Below are positions 59,625 through 64,000 of a DNA stretch of 64,000 nucleotides, piece by piece. A model generated the notes under the pieces. That model was not told the origin of the DNA. It saw nothing but the letters and a program-made list of their open reading frames with translations, and did not search any database. Origin of the DNA: a virus (taxonomy: Duplodnaviria; Heunggongvirae; Uroviricota; Caudoviricetes); IMG/VR virus record IMGVR_UViG_3300008108_000006. The stretch is one strand, 5' to 3'. Each line of letters begins with the position of its first letter. Position 1 is the stretch's first letter. The translations under genes and the position numbers were made by a program.

Positions 59625-60938
59625 TTAGTCTTCTGACCTACTAATTCCTAAACTTTTTAAGAAATCATCGAACTCATCATCGCTTGGTAAATCTGAATCC
59701 GGTGGTGTTGGTGAATCGTCATCATCATAACCATAATCATCATCATCCTCATCACCTTGTTCTTTATTATACAGATATTCCTTAATCTCTTTTACCATCC
59801 TCTCAATAATCTGTTTACCTACGGGATCCTTACTATTGATAAGTTTTGCAACACGGAAAAACTCGTCAGCCTCCAATTGAACAAATCTATTGAAGATGTA
59901 GTTTTGAATCCATCTTGCATTGTCCTCAAACACTTCCATAGGGAAAGAACTTTTTAATCTTTGCCATAATACGGGACCAATACGAATTTGCCACGCTTCA
60001 TTTACCAATGAATCCGTCTCACTCATTACAAGTTCCGCTTGTTCCGCACTACCTGTAAAACCTCTTGAACCCATCAATTCATAAGTACCCTTAATCATTT
60101 CGTGAATCAATACAGGGAAAAACGCCGCTCTTGCTTTAACAGTTGGGGGTGTTGTTTCAGGATCATATTCTTCAGTTCCTGCCATAGCACCACCACCACC
60201 TCCAGCAGATGCTGCTTGCATCATCTGATCAGGAATTAACCAATAGGTTGCGTCCAAAATAGACATTAACACACCATATAGATTAGTTAATTGTGGATCA
60301 ATGTTATTCAATTCAGGTGATAATAATTCAAACATATAGTGACCCTTCTTAGATGCTCCTTGGATCAATGCGTTAATATAGTGTCTTTTAGCGACTTCAG
60401 CATCGTATTTTTCAAAAGCACTCATTAAGTCCTCAATATCTTGTTCAGCTTGTTCGGGTTTAACACCAAATTGTTGTTGAATTTCTTCCTCATCGGGTTT
60501 TTGTCCTACACCCTGAATACCCTCATTTGATACTTGACCAAAACTTACTAATTTAGCATCATACTGAACTTGATCTTCAGTTACACCTAATTCTTCTCTA
60601 ACAACTTTTTCCGCCAATCTTTCTAACTCAGCCTTATTAGCAGTTTCAATACGTGATAACGTATTAACCGCAGAATAAACAGTACTCATTAGTGATTGTA
60701 AGTCACCAGGTCCAACTGACGGCATTCCAAGGTATCGTTGGATTTTTTCAACTACTTCTTTGAACCTTTCAGATGCTAATAATTCTTCAAATGAAGATTG
60801 TTCAGTTCCTGAAGGGAATCCAGGACTATCAGAAAATGGTGTTTGTTTTGAAGCAAACTTTCTTTCAATGTCTGATGCCATTCTTGATGGGTTATCCCCA
60901 TAATCCATTGCGTCTTCGTAAATTTTTTTTCTAGCCAT
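59625..60938 (-). CDS. Hypothetical helical protein
   Basis: 437-aa ORF; FPVLIHEMIKG motif; acidic tail. Confidence 0.6.
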   Translation of the reverse strand: MARKKIYEDAMDYGDNPSRMASDIERKFASKQTPFSDSPGFPSGTEQSSFEELLASERFKEVVEKIQRYLGMPSVGPGDLQSLMSTVYSAVNTLSRIETANKAELERLAEKVVREELGVTEDQVQYDAKLVSFGQVSNEGIQGVGQKPDEEEIQQQFGVKPEQAEQDIEDLMSAFEKYDAEVAKRHYINALIQGASKKGHYMFELLSPELNNIDPQLTNLYGVLMSILDATYWLIPDQMMQAASAGGGGGAMAGTEEYDPETTPPTVKARAAFFPVLIHEMIKGTYELMGSRGFTGSAEQAELVMSETDSLVNEAWQIRIGPVLWQRLKSSFPMEVFEDNARWIQNYIFNRFVQLEADEFFRVAKLINSKDPVGKQIIERMVKEIKEYLYNKEQGDEDDDDYGYDDDDSPTPPDSDLPSDDEFDDFLKSLGISRSED

Positions 60939-61828
60939 TACTTTTTGTTTTTAAAGATATTTTCATATGATAAGAAATCAGGTAACTCAGGTTGGTTTTT
61001 TCCTGCTTTAGGTCTTGGTTTAACTCCTGGTTTTGGTGAAAACGGATCATTAGGATTGTCTTTTGGTTTCACAGGTGTCTTAGTCTTTTCTCTTTCCTTA
61101 GTACCCGGCTCAGCCGCTTTAGGTCTTGTTTTAATACCTGGTTTTGGTGAATACGGATCATTAGGATCGTCTTTCGGTTTTCCCGGTGTTTTGGTTTTTT
61201 CTCTTTCTTTCTCCCTTTCTTTAGTTCCAGGGTTTTGTTCCAAAATGTAATTCATAAAATCTTTTTTAGTCATTGCGGGTTTAATATGTTTTTCAACTAA
61301 CGCAAAGATAAGACTTTCTACCAAACTTTCCTTAATACTCTCTTTATTTTTTTTGGATTTTTTTAACGACATTACACATCTCTCATAACTATCCATTTGT
61401 TTTTTATCCCACTCACTTCTTTCAGTGGTACCAAAAACTTTACCTAAACTACTTGTACAGATAGCAAACGGATTTAATTTTGATTTGGTTTTACCTTCCT
61501 TCATTTCATTTTCAGTTGGCATACCGTCACCATAACTATTAAATCCATCATCAGTTGCAGGTCCTACTTGTTTTGGTGATTGAGTTCTTTCACCTTTTTC
61601 AAAATCCATAGAATCCTCTTCGTCCTCTTCATATACTTGAAACGTAAGACCTTGTCTTTTGAGATTTTCAATCTCAGGTTTGTTTGAACCTTTAACCATT
61701 GTTACCGCTTCATTGATACCACCTTTTATCATTTTTTTATGTAAAAGATTTAATTTAGATTCATTAAGACTATTTAACGTCTTAAATGAAAATCCGTTTC
61801 TCATCAAATCAATAATTTTCTTATTCAT
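60938..61828 (-). CDS. Hypothetical protein with a duplicated Pro/Lys-rich repeat
   Basis: Two copies of PGTKEREK..KTP.KPKD.PNDP.SPKPG.K.RPKA. Confidence 0.6.
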   Translation of the reverse strand: MNKKIIDLMRNGFSFKTLNSLNESKLNLLHKKMIKGGINEAVTMVKGSNKPEIENLKRQGLTFQVYEEDEEDSMDFEKGERTQSPKQVGPATDDGFNSYGDGMPTENEMKEGKTKSKLNPFAICTSSLGKVFGTTERSEWDKKQMDSYERCVMSLKKSKKNKESIKESLVESLIFALVEKHIKPAMTKKDFMNYILEQNPGTKEREKEREKTKTPGKPKDDPNDPYSPKPGIKTRPKAAEPGTKEREKTKTPVKPKDNPNDPFSPKPGVKPRPKAGKNQPELPDFLSYENIFKNKK

Positions 61829-62216
61829 AGATTATTTCTTTTTCAAATTCAAGGACCAAGTCCCTTTCATATAGTTTATCTTTTATTTCTTTTTCATCTT
61901 CTCCAAACCTGAAAACCAAACGAGAATTATCCTCACAAGATTCATCTGTTTCATACGCCAAACATATAATGTCTTCCATTGCATCGGACACACTAAAAAA
62001 CAAAGAGTTCTGAACTAACTCCAAGTCAACTTGTGTATTTTTCAGAACTCCTACTTTTTTTATGTTTTGTAGATCAGGTGGTGATGGTGTCCCGTTAGCC
62101 GGTCTATCATCCCAACCTTCACCCCAAACATCATATGTTTCACTGAATATAAATTCATACATTTTATCACCCTTGTAATTAGACCCTAGTCCATTCACAT
62201 AGATCAAATGACTCAT
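61821..62216 (-). CDS. Hypothetical protein
   Basis: 131-aa ORF in an operon-like arrangement. Confidence 0.6.
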   Translation of the reverse strand: MSHLIYVNGLGSNYKGDKMYEFIFSETYDVWGEGWDDRPANGTPSPPDLQNIKKVGVLKNTQVDLELVQNSLFFSVSDAMEDIICLAYETDESCEDNSRLVFRFGEDEKEIKDKLYERDLVLEFEKEIIYE

Positions 62217-63382
62217 GAAATTACACCCTTAGTTGTTACTTTATAACTTTCAGTATTTGATTCAAATACCAAACTTCCTTTATTGGTTTTACCAATGAAC
62301 CTATAATTAGGATTTTCTGCGGCAAATTTCTTAGCAGTGAATTCTTGCTCATAAGTTTCAGAAAGTCGTAAAATTTCATTCATTTTATTTTTTTTGATGT
62401 GGTTTTCCCTAATCATCTTATTCTTTTTCAAGGTCTTATCAATTTTACCTTCTTTGAAATATTTTGTTAATACCTTATCAACTGTTGATTCCGAAAATAA
62501 CTCATCCAATACTCTATCAATTCCATAAGTTTCGGTTGGTTCTTCCATATCTAATCCATTATCCATTTCTTCACCACCTAAATCCAACTCAGAATCACCA
62601 TCCATACCCATATCCATGTCACTTTCAATACCCTCAAATTTTGACATAATATCTTCTCTATCATCTTCATCTAATTTAGATAAATCTAATGCTGAGATAA
62701 TTGAGTTTAGAACGTATTTCATTTGTTGTGAATCTAATGGTTCTGATGACTCTAATGTTCTTAATTTTTGTCCTAATTTACCAACCAACTTTTGGATTTG
62801 TCTGTAAGATACTTCTTCACCATCCATTTCAGGTTCTGGCATCATTTCATCACCCATATCAGACATCATATCATCTCCCATTTCAGGTTCTGGCATCATT
62901 TCATCTCCCATTTCAGGCTCGGGTAGTGGCATATCTTCAACCGGCATAGGTTCTGATGGTGGTATTGACTCCGCAGGTAATTCGGCGGGTAATTCCAACT
63001 TAGGTTTTGGTGTCTTCAAAACAAACTTTTTCTGTTCTCCTAATAGTGGTGTTTCACCATCAAAACCCGCAAGTCTATTACTTTCCTTAATAATTAAATT
63101 AAGTTTTTTCATTGCTTGAGAATAAGAACGGAAATATGTTCTGTTTTTCATTGGTTCTAGATAATCAACTGATTCATTGATTTCTTGTTTAATAACGTAT
63201 CCTAATTTTTCTTTAACGATATCATATTTAACACCATCAACAGATTTAAAAGAAAATGTATCTTTTGAAGTCTCATTTACAGGTTGTGGAATGTTTTCAT
63301 TGTATTTTGCAATTTCCAACATTCTGTGGATTTTTTCCATACCTTGTAATTTTTCACTACCGATTGGTTTTAATTTGCTCAT
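62213..63382 (-). CDS. Acidic hypothetical protein (head core/internal-like)
   Basis: MMPEPEMGD repeats; many hydrophobic-x-E sites. Confidence 0.6.
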   Translation of the reverse strand: MSKLKPIGSEKLQGMEKIHRMLEIAKYNENIPQPVNETSKDTFSFKSVDGVKYDIVKEKLGYVIKQEINESVDYLEPMKNRTYFRSYSQAMKKLNLIIKESNRLAGFDGETPLLGEQKKFVLKTPKPKLELPAELPAESIPPSEPMPVEDMPLPEPEMGDEMMPEPEMGDDMMSDMGDEMMPEPEMDGEEVSYRQIQKLVGKLGQKLRTLESSEPLDSQQMKYVLNSIISALDLSKLDEDDREDIMSKFEGIESDMDMGMDGDSELDLGGEEMDNGLDMEEPTETYGIDRVLDELFSESTVDKVLTKYFKEGKIDKTLKKNKMIRENHIKKNKMNEILRLSETYEQEFTAKKFAAENPNYRFIGKTNKGSLVFESNTESYKVTTKGVIS

Positions 63383-63399
63383 ATTATTATAATATTTAA

Positions 63400-63588
63400 T
63401 TAACTATTTAGTCCGTTACCGCTACCTATTAACACCGCATTACCTTGTGTTACAGAATCACCGTTAGCATTTATGTAAATAGGTCTAGGTGTTCCACCAG
63501 CAATAACATTTGCCGAGGTAGATCCACTCCAAACACCGGTATCATACAAGGTACCGTTTGGGTAGGTAGAAGCTGTGATTGATGCCAT
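63400..63588 (-). CDS. Small Ser/Thr/Gly-rich virion-like protein
   Basis: 62-aa ORF; TATTTATA upstream. Confidence 0.55.
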   Translation of the reverse strand: MASITASTYPNGTLYDTGVWSGSTSANVIAGGTPRPIYINANGDSVTQGNAVLIGSGNGLNS

Positions 63589-63634
63589 AACTATTTTTTA
63601 TAAATAAATAGTATGTAAATGAATAAAATTTTAA

Positions 63635-64000
63635 TTATTCTTTACTTTCTATCATTTCTTTTTCAACTGACAACTTTTTGGTCTCTAATTCGTTTGGTAA
63701 ATCTATCAACTTCTCTAAATATCCTCGTCTTCTTAAAAACTTATAAACCAAATTTTCTAAGGACATTTCATCCTTTTCAAGACCAGATTTTCTATAATTC
63801 TTAAGTTGATCTTTCAACTTTGAAATTAATTCTTTTCCTTTTTCTAAACTTAATGTTTTAACATTTTTCTCCAACGTATCAATTTTGTCCATCCAATGTT
63901 TTGATTTTGAAATAATTTCGGTTTCATCTACCTTAACATCTAATGATTGTGGTTCCACTAACCATTTATCATACATTAACGAATAAACACCACCCGATGT
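63635..64000 (-). CDS. C-terminal part of a putative nucleotidyltransferase-like protein (begins outside the window)
   Basis: Frame is open to the window edge (TSGGVYSLMYDKW...); YRKSGL...E.S.ENLVYK.LRR.GY helical module. Confidence 0.5.
   Translation of the reverse strand, partial: TSGGVYSLMYDKWLVEPQSLDVKVDETEIISKSKHWMDKIDTLEKNVKTLSLEKGKELISKLKDQLKNYRKSGLEKDEMSLENLVYKFLRRRGYLEKLIDLPNELETKKLSVEKEMIESKE

Noticed and set aside
1-64000. CRISPR array, tRNA or rRNA genes
   Set aside because: Intergenic gaps are short. I saw no repeat-spacer periodicity and no cloverleaf or T-loop signatures by eye; tRNAscan was not run.
1-64000. Stop-codon reassignment (alternative genetic code)
   Set aside because: Coding density is high under code 11, conserved genes are full length, and the truncations seen involve frame changes rather than in-frame TAG or TGA.

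Overview
AT-rich segment of a large T4-like (jumbo) tailed-phage genome. The host is most likely Bacteroidota: there are TTTG-N19-TAnnTTTG promoters, no Shine-Dalgarno sites, a DUF4494-like gene and a Bacteroidota-type bS21. Left to right: the N-terminus of a family-B DNA polymerase; an RHH+HNH cassette; a four-gene glycosyltransferase block (GT60, GT25, two HtrL-like) directly downstream of two Ser/Thr-rich virion genes; small late genes including a stand-alone WYL protein; a ~27 kb glycan island (GT2, GT4, GT11, GT17, GT47, RfbH, gmd, fcl, methyl/formyl transferases, deacetylase) interleaved with an exonuclease, dUTPase, PhoH and a HAD gene; a gp55-like sigma factor; baseplate/tail genes; and the head module (major capsid, scaffold, prohead protease, bS21, portal, large terminase). 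Main leads: (1) a possible phage-encoded virion O-glycosylation system, with a recurrent [S/T]-[G/A]-x-[S/T] motif in surface proteins as candidate sequon; (2) a TATTTAT(A) element, the reverse complement of the T4 late promoter, 3-20 nt before late-gene starts, next to a phage sigma factor and bS21; (3) an HNH gene bracketed by a duplicated 28-bp terminator; (4) three apparent internal deletions (fcl, scaffold, protease) that may be assembly artefacts. All family calls come from motif recognition by eye. No database searches were run.
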